A DNA stretch of 35,320 bases from an uncultured bacterium (GTDB taxonomy: Bacteria; Hydrothermota; Hydrothermia; WGAB01), in NCBI GenBank assembly GCA_964638465.1, contig CAZXAO010000001.1:1-35320 (forward strand), given 5' to 3'. Both the position numbers and the translations under genes were made by a program. The stretch's first letter is position 1; each line of letters begins with the position of its first letter. The notes beneath the pieces were generated by a model. The model saw only the letters and a list, made by a program, of their open reading frames with translations, made no database searches and was not told the origin of the DNA. Shown here in pieces: positions 34,990-35,320 of the stretch.

Positions 34990-35022
34990 GGAAAGCGGTG
35001 CCAGGGCACCGCACTCCAAAGG
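34990..35022 (+). repeat. hairpin repeat unit, copy 4 (forward)
   Basis: ggaaaGCGGTGCcaggGCACCGCactccaaagg. Perfect stem with the same flanks. Confidence 0.85.
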
Positions 35023-35118
35023 AAAAATCCCGTAGGAGAGGTTTTTTCTCCCCGCTCTCCCCTCCCATCCCGGAAGGGGGAAGGGAAGTTGTCCCGTGCA
35101 GGGAGGGAAGAAACCGCT

Positions 35119-35146
35119 GGGATCCCACCCGCAGCAGGGAGAAACG
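35119..35146 (+). repeat. direct repeat unit b1
   Basis: gggatcccacccgcagcagggagaaacg. About 24 of 28 positions match 35193-35219. The start-to-start offset is 74 nt. Confidence 0.65.
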
Positions 35147-35192
35147 CCGGACCCCCGGTGGCTGGCCTTCACCCGGACGGCCTGAATCCGAA

Positions 35193-35219
35193 GGGATCCC
35201 GTCCGCAGAGGGGGAAACG
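35193..35219 (+). repeat. direct repeat unit b2
   Basis: gggatcccgtccgcagagggggaaacg, partner of 35119-35146. Confidence 0.65.
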
Positions 35220-35320
35220 GCAGAAGGATTCTATCCAGGGGCAAGGAAGAAGAACGGAAGGTCGTGCCGGCCGGGGCCGAGCCTGGCTTGCCTTCTCATC
35301 ACTCGTGAGGGGAGCCCATC

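Noticed and set aside
34554-35219. Possible CRISPR array in the tail
   Set aside because: One hairpin copy is inverted, spacing between hairpin units is irregular (94 and 211 nt), and each direct-repeat type has only two clear copies, both imperfect. No cas genes lie in the window.

Overview
GC-rich bacterial chromosomal window, densely coding and mostly housekeeping up to about nt 33954. The last 1.37 kb is ORF-poor and full of repeats.

Plus strand, left to right:
- valS (5'-truncated), translationally coupled to a lipoprotein, a beta-rich hypothetical protein and a SplB-like radical SAM protein.
- Two secreted proteins sharing a dockerin-like C-terminal module.
- Acyl-CoA dehydrogenase.
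- A GH57 branching enzyme, glgA, beta-eliminating lyase (tryptophanase/tyrosine phenol-lyase family) and pyruvate kinase cluster.
- A stand-alone alpha-type ribosomal operon (rpmJ-rpsM-rpsK-rpsD-rpoA-rplQ) with a consensus sigma70-like promoter and a clean intrinsic terminator.
- A CarboxypepD_reg/TonB-dependent-receptor-like outer membrane protein.

Minus strand: one very tight 5.4-kb gene string, rplM-rpsI-rpsB-tsf-pyrH-frr-uppS-cdsA-mazG-like. A DASS/SLC13 transporter lies upstream of it.

Plus strand again: a BlaI-type repressor plus a sensor-less BlaR1-like M56 protease, tRNA-Lys(CTT), a small cupin, a large S8 subtilase, nhaA and a DAACS (GltP-like) symporter. The subtilase has a roughly 370-aa insert between the catalytic Asp and His, and a T9SS/FlgD-like C-terminal domain.

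I found no defence island, mobile element, CRISPR array or prophage. The most unusual signal is the non-coding tail (33955-35320). It holds a family of hairpin units in mixed orientation with a compensatory stem change (REP/BIME-like), a GTAG-hairpin unit, and two pairs of direct repeats that are each spaced exactly 74 nt apart. Many long ORFs in the six-frame track are antisense artefacts of the high GC content. Several real genes start later than the track suggests.
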